The translations under genes and the position numbers were made by a program. Shown piece after piece: positions 1-12,147 of a stretch of 20,000 nt of DNA. The notes beneath the pieces were generated by a model. It was not told the DNA's origin and did not search any database. It was given only the letters and a program-made list of their open reading frames with translations. Origin of the DNA: Spongospora subterranea f. sp. subterranea (Eukaryota); the NCBI GenBank assembly GCA_049724395.1, contig JAUGWO010000106.1:58741-78740 (forward strand). The letters are read 5' to 3'. Numbering within the stretch: position 1 is the first letter of the stretch; each line of letters starts with the position of its first letter.

Positions 1-1950
1 GGCCAGATGCTCTAAGGACTATCGGTACTTGACTCGTTATTCTCTTGCATCTCTCTCACTTCTTTCTTATGTAGGTCGACGATCAACATTGTTTTGTAGC
101 CAGTGTGGCCGGTCTACCACCATGCTGGCCCGCTGCTGTCAAGATTGTCTCACTCAGAACAACCCCAATTCCGGTCAGAACTTCTTCTTGATTCTCCATC
201 CGTCTTACGCTCGTCCAGGCCTTGTCGAACGTCCAAATGTGTACAGACAATGGGAATTGGCGCAAGAATCACTTCAAGAAGAAATTTCTCAATTACGAAC
301 CTGTCTGAACAAAGCTGCTACTGTTATTGCTGAGCTGGAATCCAGGCTTGAAGATTGCAGCCTCGAGAAGGCTCGGTAAACTTGATTTGGTTATTTCATG
401 ACCGTATTAACTCCTTTCTCAGCTTTTCTCTTGATTTGGAGCGTATCACTAAGGAGAAACAAGCATATGTGTCTCTGCTTGAGGAATCTGTTGCGGAAAT
501 TCATAATATGGAAGGTATTCGATCTCAGCATTGTCATCCAACTTCTGATAGTGATCATTGCTGTAGAGGCCGAGAGAGACTTACGTAGCGCGCACCGCGT
601 CGTTGATGATGAATTACATCGGTCGAAAGTTCTGTTAATAGGGGAAGGCCGAGCTAAACAAGTCCTCGAACGTTTCGTAACTTGCGAGCGTTAACTGATT
701 TGTTGTACATAGGTATTCTCTCGTCGATTGCGGATGCTGCAAGAAACTTTATCGGTCACTCGTGATGAGTTGCAGCAATATCGTCAAGAATCTGTCAAAC
801 TTCAGTCTGTCAACAGTATGTACATCACCGTCTATCCGTTCGATTTCTGACCTATATTTTAGAGCAGCTTTCCTCTGAGCTTGACATTGCGCGGAGCTCT
901 GCCCTTGATAAGTCCGTTCAGGTACTTTTTTTCATCCCATGTTGTTTGTAAATTAAGGGCCTTCAACAGCCTGGTATCATTGAAGTTCAAAAGAAGCTTC
1001 AGGAAGAGATTTCATCGCTTTCGCATCAGTTGCAGCAGTCCGCAATCAAATGTGATGAGGCGCATACCTTGATTAAACAACAGAAGGTTTCCGTGGATCC
1101 CGCATGACGCAGTGCTGCTAACTCCTACTTCTGAACAGGTAGAATTAGAATCGACACATCGAGATAATCGTGGTTTAAGAACGGTCGTCATCGATCTTCA
1201 ATCGTTGTTGAAAAGGCAACTTCGCGGCGTTTCCGCAATGATTCCTCAAGCAAAGTTTTTCATCAAAGAATATGTTGAAAGGGAATCGCGGTTTTTTTCT
1301 AATCAAGTAAAGTCTGTGCTGAAACTAGTACGTTGTTTTTACTATATTCGGTTTCTTTTTCGTCACAACTGTGCATAGATCAATGCCCAGTTTTCGGGGT
1401 CCGCATTGCTAAGGGCACAGCTGGCTGAGCTCACTGACAAAGAAGTCCTTCAATCGCAAGCACTTGTACGCGCTGGTCGACAGTTAAAGGAGTTTCAGGT
1501 AGAGGCTTAACCACAGCATGTCGGTAGCGGAGCTTTTTTCATCGTCAATGGACAGATTGTATTAAGTGCCCAGGCGACCCAAACACAATCATTAAAGAAT
1601 GTTCTGCGGCAGAGCGAGCAAGACGCTAACAATCTCCGAGTATGCGCAATGAGTTCCATTTCGAGTGACCTCTGATCGGTCGTATTTATTCACTGGAAAT
1701 TGCAGGAGCTGATTCAAGAGAAAAATATAGCGCTACGAACGTTAACTACAGAACGTGACGCTTATAGGAACAACAAAAAGCAGGTAAAATGCTCTACTCT
1801 AGTTTTTACTCGCCCACCAAGTTTCAATCTCGTCAGGTGAGTGATAGTGACGATTCTTTACCAAAGCGCAGTGAGGATGGGTCCGATTCCAAACCGTACC
1901 GACGCTACGTCAATGCTGTCACGCCTATCATAGATAGAAAATTGCCATAA
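1..1950 (+). CDS. Multi-exon hypothetical protein, 5'-truncated by the window: Cys-rich zinc-ribbon-like motif followed by a long coiled coil
   Basis: Short GT-AG introns (e.g. 25-74, 376-422, 515-566, 1640-1705) splice into one open frame: FCSQCGRSTTMLARCCQDC...LQEEISQLRTCLNKAATVIAELESRLE...LQETLSVTRDELQQYRQE...ELIQEKNIALRTLTTERD...RRYVNAVTPIIDRKLP, ending TAA at 1948-1950. Heptad-like L/E/Q/K composition. Confidence 0.75.
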
Positions 1951-2925
1951 ATTTACCCACTAATTTACATGTTCCTCTGTTGTGTTTGAGTACAGCCTGG
2001 CCACTTTCCTTGCCGATCTTATTAGAATTGGGCTTCTTACCCGAATCTTGGAAATTCGTCGTCTTCAGGTGCTTATATGGCCAGCTTGTTTTGATCCATA
2101 GAGTGCTGGCCGGTTTGTTCCCAATTATCCTGATCCGCATCTCTCTTTAGTCGGAATTCCTTCTACCGAGAATATTGTCCGAAACTATCGCTCAGATCGC
2201 GTTGCCTTGTCCAATCAAGTTGCGCCATATATCGACCAACCGAAGGAGTGGACTTTCTTCCATAGCCGATTCCTCAGAATTTGAATGGAAAGTTCGGACC
2301 CGGTGGCTACGTCATTTGTGTCGATGAGGTGGAGCGCTACTCTGGTCGCTGCAGCACTTATTGGCATTTAGGTCAAGAAAAGCCTAAAGGTTAGAGCCTT
2401 GTTTCCGTGTGAAATCTAGCTCGATTGCAATCTTTCTCAGTCATATGACATCAGAGCATCGATCAAAGCGGATCTTCATCCATTTAGTCAATCCCCGAAC
2501 GTCTCAATCTCTGCGGTGACAAAATCGCCCGACAATCGAAACTTGCTCTTCGCTGTTCGATCGTTGGTTTATTCAAACTCGTGTTGTACGCGTTGCCCTC
2601 CAAGGGAAGAACCCGGAAATGCGGAACTGTCAAGGTCGATAACATGTTGTTGCACTCAAGCCTCGCTTTACATATTGAGCTTTATGCCGAGTCATTTTTC
2701 AAATGCTCCTTCCAGCAAATATTATTTTCTCTCAAACGCACGTGTTCCGGATTTGAAAGGTTCCACAAACGTTCGTATCCGACTCCCGGCATTGTCGCTT
2801 CGATCGTTTTTATCGCGTGCCCAGCCATCCTCCAGCAAATCATCTGTAGATCAACTCATTTTCCTCAAAAACCCGAGAAACTGGCAAAGTAGGCGGTGAG
2901 AGACGTTGCCGGTCTTGATTTGAGG

Positions 2926-4788
2926 TCAACTTTTATTATTTTGCCTGGGCGGCGACAATCGCCAAAGCTGGTTTAGAGTTGTTTGCCTAACAGTGGTAGG
3001 TGTACTTATTGATGAACTTGCGGGCAACTCGTTAGCCAAGCTTTGGGGTGATAAAGTATGTAAAGTCGGTATGCGGTTATGAGTATATCTTCTGTACTTC
3101 CAGATTCGGACGTCTCCGTCTGAACAAGATTTAATTTCTCTTCAGCGTTTATGGTATCAGGGAATTACCATCAGAACATGAAGCTATACAATCTGGGTCG
3201 CACGAATCCCAGGCGACCCCATTGATATCCCCATGACCAGCGCCTGGTAGAATTTGGCAAATATTTGGTTCTTGACAGTCGAACAGCTGGAGTGATCCAG
3301 TTGCGGTCCCACCAAGAATGAATCTGAAAGGACTTAATGTCACATAATATTCCCAATGATATAATACCTTCCACAAGGAGAAAAACAAGACTTCACATAA
3401 AATGAACTTTTCAATACTGCATCCTTGTTAAATATCAGTGGTGCAATATTAAAACCCTATCGTCAACCATCAAATATTATTCAGCATTTTTTTAGGAAAG
3501 ATACCTTTGCTCTGCAATCAGCGTACACCGCCCGTATGGAGTTAGTACAACTGACTAAAAGACGTGAACGGGAGCCGTTTTCGTCTAGGCTGAGGCTAGA
3601 AATGCCGGTTGACTAATTGAGAAGCTGGTTACATTGATATCGATTATGGAAAAATGGAGTCAACAACCTGAGGGGGTTTACATTCAGCAACTGGACTTGT
3701 ACTATTGAATTTTCTTAGATCAAACAACTTGACACACCCATCAGATGCCCCGCCTGTAGCCAGTAAATTCGTATCGCCCAAAAATAACACTGGGGGAACC
3801 ACGTGTAGGTTAATAATATCATAAACAATATATCTGAAGAAGTACCTGATGACACCGATTTAGGTGACTCGGCGTGGAAAATATGGCGTCCACCACGAGA
3901 CCGTCTAGCAGGAGTCAGTTGCTTGGATTGATGAGGAGAGATCAACGCTCCAACTGGTGATAGCGATGCACCGGGAATATTCCTCAGGCGGCGAGTATCC
4001 CTAACGCAACAAATTCAATGCTATCTAACCATGTTGGGCCAAACATTTTCACCATATAAAGACATTGCCATCCCTGGATCCACTGGCAAACACACTGGAG
4101 GTTTCCCGATGAACGCTCAGTGATTTCACTGAGGCAGTATGACCAAAAGCCGCTATTTGAGACTGCGTCTCTGCCAAAGAGTAAACATCGGTTTGATGAC
4201 AAAAACAGCGAGGCATTCGAACCAATATCTGATATGGTGCAGGTTTTGTCGCCAGACGCGGTCAAGATAGACGTATCATTGTTATACCAACACGCCGCAT
4301 ATATCGCATTCTGATGAACAGATCGGTTGAACACTGTTTGTTCAATGTATCAGCGCATACACAGTCTCTGAATTTGACCTACATACCGATGTTGCGGCTG
4401 CTGAGGTCAATGATATTGATAAAACCATCCTGAAGCTCGTTGGTCAGTACATGTTGACTATAATTCAGCAGTCATTGTGACCTCGTCCGCCACAAGACAA
4501 GCCCGTTTGTTTGATGGCGACTACAGTACTGATCAGCAAACCGATGAGAACATGAGATATCTTCGAACCTTATTGAACGCAACCACGTATGGGATAACAG
4601 GTTCCCCTTCATCGCCATCAAATCTGTAGGCGTCCGCAATGCTCGACTCGAACGTGCCGCTTCGCAGAACTATTCCATTGCGGCATCAAATGCCGGATCA
4701 CGATAATGGAGACGAAAGCAGACACACCGCTAAACGGTTGAAACCGATGTCTCAGACCATTCTCCTGATTCCGTATCTTTTGAAGCAT
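2926..4788 (-). CDS. CDT2: Denticleless/Cdt2 homolog: WD40 DCAF substrate receptor of the CRL4 ubiquitin ligase, about 12 exons
   Basis: The hand-spliced protein (11 canonical introns) has DTL-type blocks: GEPVIPYVVAF, VADEDGFINIID, HQNAIYAACW...LTASGDKT, GHTASVKS...FASGSRDGNVFIWDTR, GASDGCVKLFDLRK, SSFYVKSCFSPCGRFI, GHGDINGVAW...IASCSDDGDVRIW. WDTR and FDLR are DxR (DWD) motifs. ATG at 4788 is preceded by an in-frame stop; TGA at 2926-2928. Confidence 0.88.
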
Positions 4789-5284
4789 CGCCGAAAGGTG
4801 TTTTCAAGGGGGTTTTCAGGGAGATCGTCCGATGTGTGCTGTTCAAAGGTGTCAGCTCAACAACTTCCTACACATCGCGCAGCATCCAATACGCTTGCTG
4901 AGTCCCACTTGATCCAGCTATGGTTGGTACTGCTACCAAATAAATATCGATGGTCAATATTGGAGGATCCTTCGTGATAATTATGATGATGATAGTGCAG
5001 TGACAGGACAGAAGACAGGATTGGGCTGCGCCCCATTTTTCAGTCACTTCAGGATGCGAAAAACGCGCCAAACACATCGCTATAGCCGGAAATTGAATCG
5101 CGCGCGACCCTCCTGTGATAGATAGGATTCTACCCGCCTCAACCATGTTACGCGAGGTGGTATCAAACCTACAATTCTGCGCAGTTTGAAATCCGAATTT
5201 CCCTGAGGAGGAGTACTGTACATTAAGATTCGGATTTTGGATTATCAGTTGAGATAACGATGCCAGGAAAAGGTCTCCATCATC

Positions 5285-5631
5285 GGTCGCAAACGCACCA
5301 GCAAAACCGAGATCCTGGCAATAGCGACGTTTTTGGAAAATCCTGAGAATTTCCTGCTGTCACATGAGGAGCCGCCCAGCGCAAGGCAATGGTCGCCGGC
5401 CAGAAGTTAAAAAAAATCGAAGGTTTCAAAGACATGGCGGCTTTTGTTAATTCTATGATTAAACAGAAGGACCGCCATTGGTCCCATGAGGACGCTAAGA
5501 GCCGATATAACAGCTACTGGAAACTGTACAAGAAAACCAGGAAAAAACGGTCACAAACCGGATGGGGCTTTGACGACAAAGACAGAGCCAAAGGCATCCT
5601 CACAATTGAGGATAATCTAGAGGCGCAATGA
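5285..5631 (+). pseudogene. Degenerate transposon-associated Myb/SANT-like DNA-binding ORF, probably a PIF/Harbinger-type accessory ORF remnant
   Basis: GRKRTSKTEILAIATFLENPENFLL shifts frame near 5359 and passes a TGA (5365-5367) into GAAQRKAMVAGQKLKKIEGFKDMAAFVN...WSHEDAKSRYNSYWKLYKK...TGWGFDDKDRAKGILTIEDNLEAQ*. It is intronless and resembles a repeat-associated family I recall from oomycetes and fungi. The family assignment is from memory, not a search. Confidence 0.55.
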
Positions 5632-6559
5632 AATTGCAGATAGTTTCCCTGCTTAAGTAGAATGTAAATTCACGCTGACATTCTGCAGACGACCCAGTAT
5701 TTCATAATAATTTTACTTATCCGCAACGTGAGACATGGATTCAGTTGGCTTATTGGCCATTTTGGAAAGGTTCTTCAAGGCACGAATCACTCGTTTGGTG
5801 TACAAGATTACGCTTCTGTAACCTGATCCTTTGGCTTTGGCAACTCTACCGACCGCTGATCCATTTCCAAAAAATGGCCAATACGATCAAGAGCACAGGT
5901 CAACTGAATCCATGTCTCACGTTGCGGGCTGATCCAGAATTTGAGATTACTTTCTACTTAAGTAGGGAAACTACCTTCAACTGCAGAATGAAAGCAAAAG
6001 TTTGCTGACAAACTCTAACTTGTTAAATGAACTCAGCAACTTCAAACAAACCAGAATGACTAAAGCGCTATCAAGGTCCCTCAACAATCGGCTTCTTTCG
6101 GCAACTCGCACAATCAGTTTGATTTCTGTATGCGGGAAAACCGAATTTCCCGCCAAAAATATTCCGTGGGAGTCGGTTATTTAACAGGTTTGATATTTCC
6201 TATTGAGTTGCGTTTGGCCCTTGGGTGCTGAAATTGACTGCCGTGAATGGTTGGGTCGTTTTTTAATACGCCCATCAGGTCATGCAACTATAGCAACAGC
6301 ACATAAACACGATCACCTTGTTCTGCCTTAACGGGTCAGGGAATATAGGTTTTTGTCTTATACGATTGGTCGGTTGTTCAATACATACACACGCTAGTTT
6401 AACAATTTGAGTGAGCACACGACCTTTTTGCATGTCTAAGCCACCTTATATCGTCTAGATGTTGGATGCAACATAACAAAGCTCAATATCAACAATCAAC
6501 TTGGGATATTATATTTAGATTTCAATGAACAGATATACAACAACTACAGTAACTCCCTA

Positions 6560-8016
6560 TCATCCCTGAGGCAGGCCGACTCCTAGTGACGGATTTGGCA
6601 GGTGAAGATAAAACCCTTGACGATTCAGCCTTTGCATGCTTGGATCCCATTGGTTCTCTTTGCCATTGTTATTCAGAGGCGAACTGCTGAGTGAATCTTC
6701 TTGCTGCAGTGCTTGTGTGAGATGGCGACGATGCCGCTGCAAATTGCTCACAAAGACAGACCGAAGCCCTGATCACTACTACTTAGCGCGCAAGTTGAAC
6801 ACAGACGTGTAACGTTGCAGACTAACCGAAAATGCGCTCATTGTTGTTCGTAACTGGAGACTCTGGTACGTCGTCTTCATTAGTAAGAAAACAAAATAAC
6901 TGCATATGAATCAAAGATGGCAGAACCTCGCGGCTATATAACGCAATTTGAGCAAATTCTGACGACAATGAAGGGCTGCTCGCGAACACGCACTGATGCA
7001 GGATAAACCTAGTGAGACTAACCAAAGATCAAAACTGCTTCGCTAACGGAGCGCAGCGTGGGCTTACGTCTTTGGTGCCAATCGTAAAAATGATCGGACC
7101 CCTTCAGCGTCTACATGTTCGCTGGATCGAATGTAGACAGTAGTGAGTTTTTTCAATTGGCAATATTTGGCTAGGATCTTTGAACGACTGAGTTACATCA
7201 AACACGATTTGATATATATACTGACCTTGTTCGTGAGGGAATTTTTCGATCGCTGGCCGCAAAACGAATCGCAACCCACACTTACATGTGCAAGCAGAGG
7301 GCATCGCTCGGCCAAAAGATCAAGATCTTGCATGTCCAAAGAAGGGACGCATTTTAAATACAGGGTATGGAGCTGTGTTGAGCATATGGATAACACTGAA
7401 CTGAAGGCGGAAGTTAAAATCCTCGGTTCGACTCCTTCATTTTCATCATGAATCATTGTTAAAGTGTTGACAGATTCGAGAGATATCCACTCGCATAATC
7501 GACCGAATCTACAAAATCATAATTATTTACCCACGGAATCGCCTGGACATATTGAAGACATACCCGTGCCTGTGAAGTTCTTCATAGGATGGCGGCGATT
7601 CGCTGAACGTCGACAATTTCAAACTCGTCGTCCTGATTGCCCTCCACATCTGACGGCTACTAATTCTTTCATACCATTGTCTGTTGACAAATCGCATTTT
7701 CAACAAGTCCTCGACATTCAAAAAGCAGCAGACTGTTACCCAGCAATCCTAAATGGAATATTAGCGACGTCGCCGTGTTTCAACTTAAATAAAGCATACA
7801 TTTGATAAATCAGGTTGGCCAGTGTGATACTTACTGACTCCATGGTATAAAAACAGCTTCAGCATACTCACTCGCATTGGCCCTTTCATCGAAGCAACTT
7901 TTCTATGTAAAGCCTGCCGGCACCATTCTATGATATCGAGGGTGGATAGGGTAGACTTGCAAATCCTAAACAACCATACGGTCAGCTTTCGCTGCAAATT
8001 TGAAATCATTGCTCAT
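6560..8016 (-). CDS. F-box/leucine-rich-repeat protein (FBXL-like SCF receptor), multi-exon; start codon uncertain (about 7860-8016)
   Basis: Spliced F-box PDLSN/DCWVTVCCFLNVEDLLKMRFVNRQWYERISSRQMWRAI, then cysteine-containing LRR-like units: QLHTLYLKCVPSLDMQDLDLLAERCPLLAHVSV, LTNKILAKYCQLKKLTTVYIRSSEHVDAEGVRSFLRLAPKTLTRFILHQC. TGA at 6560-6562. Confidence 0.78.
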
Positions 8017-8599
8017 ACTTTTGTCTAGGTGTGGGATTGTTTAATCTGTCAACCAGAAGCATCAAAGGCGGATGGTTATGTTGCAGATGTGCTCTTAATA
8101 TTGGCAAAAGCTGCGCCAAGGTAGCTATGGAGATTAAGGCATGAAGCTCAAGTCGAATTCGGCTTTCTGGCTCCTGTGAAAGCGACGATAACCGTCGACG
8201 AGCTTGTGGCGATGGCTACAAGGTACACTTTATCAGCGGGTTTTGAACTATGATTTACAGGGGATGAGGTACCCGACACTCGCTTTTTGATAATTGTTCT
8301 TCTTCCATTAAACACTCAATTTACAAATGAACAATGATTCTGTTGAAACGTCATTGGGATATCATCGCATGATGACTTCAATGGCCGCTCAACAGGAGAC
8401 AGCCCCAGCAACCTTACGGGGTTTGCAAGTCACGCAGGCAGGAGGCCGCTTCCTGTTCCACCCTTCCGTCATCCACTGTATCTATAAAGTGCAGTACTTC
8501 ACCAGCCAGTCCTGATAAAGGCCCCCGCCACCTCATTCGTGCATCATTCTGTAATGAACGATTATTTGCGATTGTTAATTATTCAATCGACGCAAATTG

Positions 8600-11233
8600 A
8601 TGTCGGTCTATAAGCCGAGAAAGTCACGACGACTAGTTAATACCAGAATTAACGACGGCCCCTCGCAATGTAAGGCTTCATTCAGCATTGTTTTTTCCAG
8701 ATTTTTTTATGCGTCGTCTTCGAAATTTCAGCAAATGTCAGCTCATTACAAGTAGCTGTGGCTTCAAATCGTGGTCGATCCGCATCGGAATCAGGTTTTA
8801 TTTGCCCTGATAAGTGTTTTTTCATGCTCAGGATTTCATTTCAGATAGTCTTCAGCTCATAACCACGGAGAAATCAGCATCTTCTGTTGAACAAAATTTG
8901 TTGTCTACATCTCACGAAATTGTCATGTATTTATGCATCACTTTTATCAAAAAATCTTGTTCGATCCATCAACCTTGCCAGGCGAAATTCTTCAAGCAGC
9001 ACAATGGTCCTACATGATCGTTCGACTCGTCAGTTAAGCGTTTATCAGGTATGCGTTCATGTTCTTGTGGAGCTTTCAGTTTTCAAAGATCATGCACCAG
9101 GTTCCAGTTTCGGGGCATTGCAGTCCGGAAAACTCAAGTCGAAATCGAGACGTATGCCCGTTTTGCTTGCGACCATTATTTGGCTTTGGGTCTCCTGCCG
9201 GAAACTCTAATGAAGAAATGCATTTCAAATTTGTACGCGTACTTGCAGTCATTATTTTCGCTAAACTAACGTTGCTTGCAGCCTCATACTCATGTCCATG
9301 ATTATTTCTCCCGACTTGGTCAAATGCATTTGCTGGAGCGGTATTGCTACCTATTGTTGCTGGAGTGCGATCATTAACATCACCTGGTGTTTTGTAGTCC
9401 GGAAGAATTACCAAGTGACGAACATCTGTCCCAGCAATCTTTCAATAGCGGGTATGTTTTTCTTGAAACGCAACGGCCGTGCTGACTTCCACTAGTTATT
9501 ACTCTCGATTTTTCTCTGAACAGCAGAAGTTAGGATCCGGAGGGTATGGCTCGGTTTATCTGTGTTCCCACCTTTTGGATGGCGTAACTCTTGGTATTTC
9601 TTTCTGAATAATCTTACGTCTGAGCATGCTGATTCTTGCGATCCCATCAGGGACGTATGCGTGCAAGAAAATTCCAGTGGGGGATAATCGCCCGTGGTTG
9701 AATCGTGTCCTTAGGTAGGCAGTTCACTTCTCAAGTGTTCGTTCTCAAAAGCTTCTTTTTAGCGAAGTTCGCGCCGTGGAATCGTTACGACATCCGAACA
9801 TCGTAGCCTATAAACATAGCTGGCTCGAAGTGACACAGACAGCAGATTTTGGTCCCCAGGTTAAATGTGCTCTATCGCCCCTAGCTTTATTAATTTATGC
9901 CAAAGGTTCCTGTTATGTTCATGCTAATGGAATATGCCAATATTGGAAATGTGTTTGATTATGTAAATAATCTATTTCAGGACAATGGCAAGCTTCTAGC
10001 GGAAGCAGATGTTTGGTCCCTTTTCAGTGGGATTACACAAGGGTTACGCCATTTGCATCATGCTGGCATTGTGCACAGAGACTTGAAACCTGAGGTGGGC
10101 ATTCAACTGTTTATAAAGCCCTGTTGGCTAATAATTTTTCAAGAATTTGCTGTTGAACGCCGATTTTGACGTGGTTTCTGATTGCACGACCCTTCGGATA
10201 ATAATTTCTGATTTCGGAGAATCTGAGACCCTAAAAGCGGTCCATAGGAGACCTAGAACCGGTTAAATGGCTTCGTTCGCTGAAAAGGTTTCGCAATCAA
10301 TTTTCTTGTTGTAGGAAACACTGGAACCCTCTTCTTTTGCGCCCCCGAGCTGCTCCTTGAAAACGCAGACTACGGAGACCGCGCCGATATGTATGGGTTT
10401 CTCTTGGCGACTGTTCTCGAAAATGAGCATAGCTAACTCTTACCTTCAGTTATTCACTTGGGATCGTTCTTTTTTTTCTGGCATTTGGCCGCACTCCGTT
10501 TGAGGATTCGGCTGATAAGATTACTTCCCCGCTACATTTACACCAACTTTTAGAAAGTGGTTCCCTTACCATGCCGTTCCCTGTCAGTGCAAAGCGAGAC
10601 CCGGAACTCATTTCTTTGATAAAAAAACTGACGTCTTTCAAAAGCGAAGATCGTCCCAGTATTGATGAAGTACCCGCTCAAAGCCTTCTCGTTCCTAATG
10701 CTTATTAGTGTATTATTCTCAGGTGCTACAGCATCCACGTCTACGACACATAGGACAGTCTCATGTCGCTTTCAAAGAAGCGAGTGGTTTTTCAAAATCC
10801 AATGTCGCAACAGCCCTTTTGATTGGCGGATCTCCGAATTCATCTTTCAATGTATACGTTCTACTTCGTGAACCATTATCGCTAATTTTGTATTTGCCAG
10901 ATGATTACTTCGCGACAGATTCTACCTTACAGTCTTTCGATTATGCACAGTGTTGCTCTCGTCCTTCATCACTTAAATTCAAGCAGTCAGCCTTCTTCAG
11001 CTGTCCGTTCATGTTGTGTCACATTGCTTGGGTGTGCAACAATCGTTCTCGCTTCGCCATCAATATCGTTAGGGCATTCAAGATTGCAGTGCATTATCGC
11101 ATTCTTGGAATCAGCTGTGTCCTGTTATCCGACTACAACACCTTATCATGCGATATTGTCATTTGCTATCAGTACTCTGCAATATATCGCAGTGTCATTT
11201 CATCCAAGATGGACTGGAAAAAAAAGAAAGTAA
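8600..11233 (+). CDS. IKS1: IKS1-family Ser/Thr protein kinase with hydrophobic C-terminal tail, about 16 exons
   Basis: The spliced product has all kinase motifs (LGSGGYGSV, YACKK, HRDLKPEN, DFG, CAPE, ADIYSLG, EDRPS). It also has IKS-type signatures: EIVMR..., CPFCLRP, FNSGYYSRFF, HLLDGVTLGTYACKKIPVGDNRPWL, YKHSWLE...DFGPQVP, RTGNTGT. TAA at 11231-11233. The 5' exons are less certain than the kinase core. Confidence 0.88.
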
Positions 11234-11253
11234 ACAAATTGATAATTGGAGAC

Positions 11254-11900
11254 TTATTTTTTTGTTTTGTGAGGGCTCTGGCATCTCATGAAGCGGTCAT
11301 GCAACAGCCGTTGTTGCTCAATAGATAAGACTCCTTTCTCCATACACCAGGTTTCGGCCATAGATAAAGGGCCGGTGCCTTTGGAGGTTTGACTTTCCTC
11401 AGCAAGTAAACTTTCATAAAAAAGCCTAAGACAATCCAGCTATCCGAAAACATTAGGATAATGTACCAAATCAGGACGGTATAGGGGTCACATACGAATT
11501 TGGGTTCATCACATTTCTGACCAGGTTTTTCATAAATTTTCTTGACGCGGACCGGTTTCTTAGGTTTTGCATCCTGCAGTAGGACAACAACTTAGCTAGG
11601 AACAGTTCAGAACAAACTATAACGCACCGCTTGCGATTCAACGTGAGTTTTTGATTTCTTCACCTTTTTTTTTACTACTTTTTTTGCAGGTTTTGCAGTA
11701 TCTATTTCAGCTTTGACCACAATTCTCGTTTCACTGTCGGTTTTGTGTTTTTTTTGTTTTCTTTGTAATGGAGCGTCATCTCCATCTTCTTTTTTTTGTT
11801 TTCTTTGTAAAGGAGCGTCATCTCCATTTTCCATTTTGATTGATTTCACCTTTTTGACAGTTTTCTGTACAGGCCCTTCATCCTCCGAAGAATCGGCCAT
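11254..11900 (-). CDS. Small lysine-rich conserved protein of unknown function (PGQK...LRxFYESL...MAxxWxMExG family), 3 exons
   Basis: MADSSEDEG...KKVVKKKVKK.../DAKPKKPVRVKKIYEKPGQKCDEPKF/LDCLRLFYESLLAEE...SMAETWCMEKGVLS...HKTKK*. Two canonical short introns keep the frame. The C-terminal motif matches an uncharacterised family I recall from plants, algae and protists. Confidence 0.8.
11748..11831 (-). repeat. In-frame 42-bp tandem duplication (2 copies) encoding E[N/D]GDDAPLQRKQKK
   Basis: Two near-identical copies of ttttgttttctttgtaa[t/a]ggagcgtcatctccat on the + strand, 42 bp apart. Confidence 0.9.
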
Positions 11901-12147
11901 TCTTCTCAGTTTGGGTCTAAGAAGCCCATCTACGGAGGAGTTTGATTTCTGAGAATAATAGGTCAGAAATGACGTCAAATGAAAAACTTTGTTTTGCCGA
12001 TTGCATTATAAACACACTTTTTCGAGGCCATCTTGTACATCGGATCCCATGAGCGTGACAGCGGTTAGCTATTGCTGATCGCCAAACGTGTTTAGCAACC
12101 TGTTCTGACCCTGGGGTTAACGTTAGGAGAAAGTCCGACCCTGAAGG

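Noticed and set aside
6210..6350. GGGTGCTGA...CAGGGA segment reminiscent of a TPP riboswitch
   Set aside because: It lacks the conserved CUGAGA and the downstream core, and no thiamine gene is nearby.
2926..8016. Cdt2 and an F-box protein side by side as a ubiquitin-ligase cluster
   Set aside because: They serve different cullins and both classes are common, so adjacency is likely chance.
7930..8253. Possible + strand gene (intron-like 7981-8028, then VWDCLICQPE...KAAPR*LWRLRHE...)
   Set aside because: It has an internal TAG and no recognisable domain, and overlaps the candidate 5' exons of the F-box gene on the other strand. Not resolvable without transcripts.
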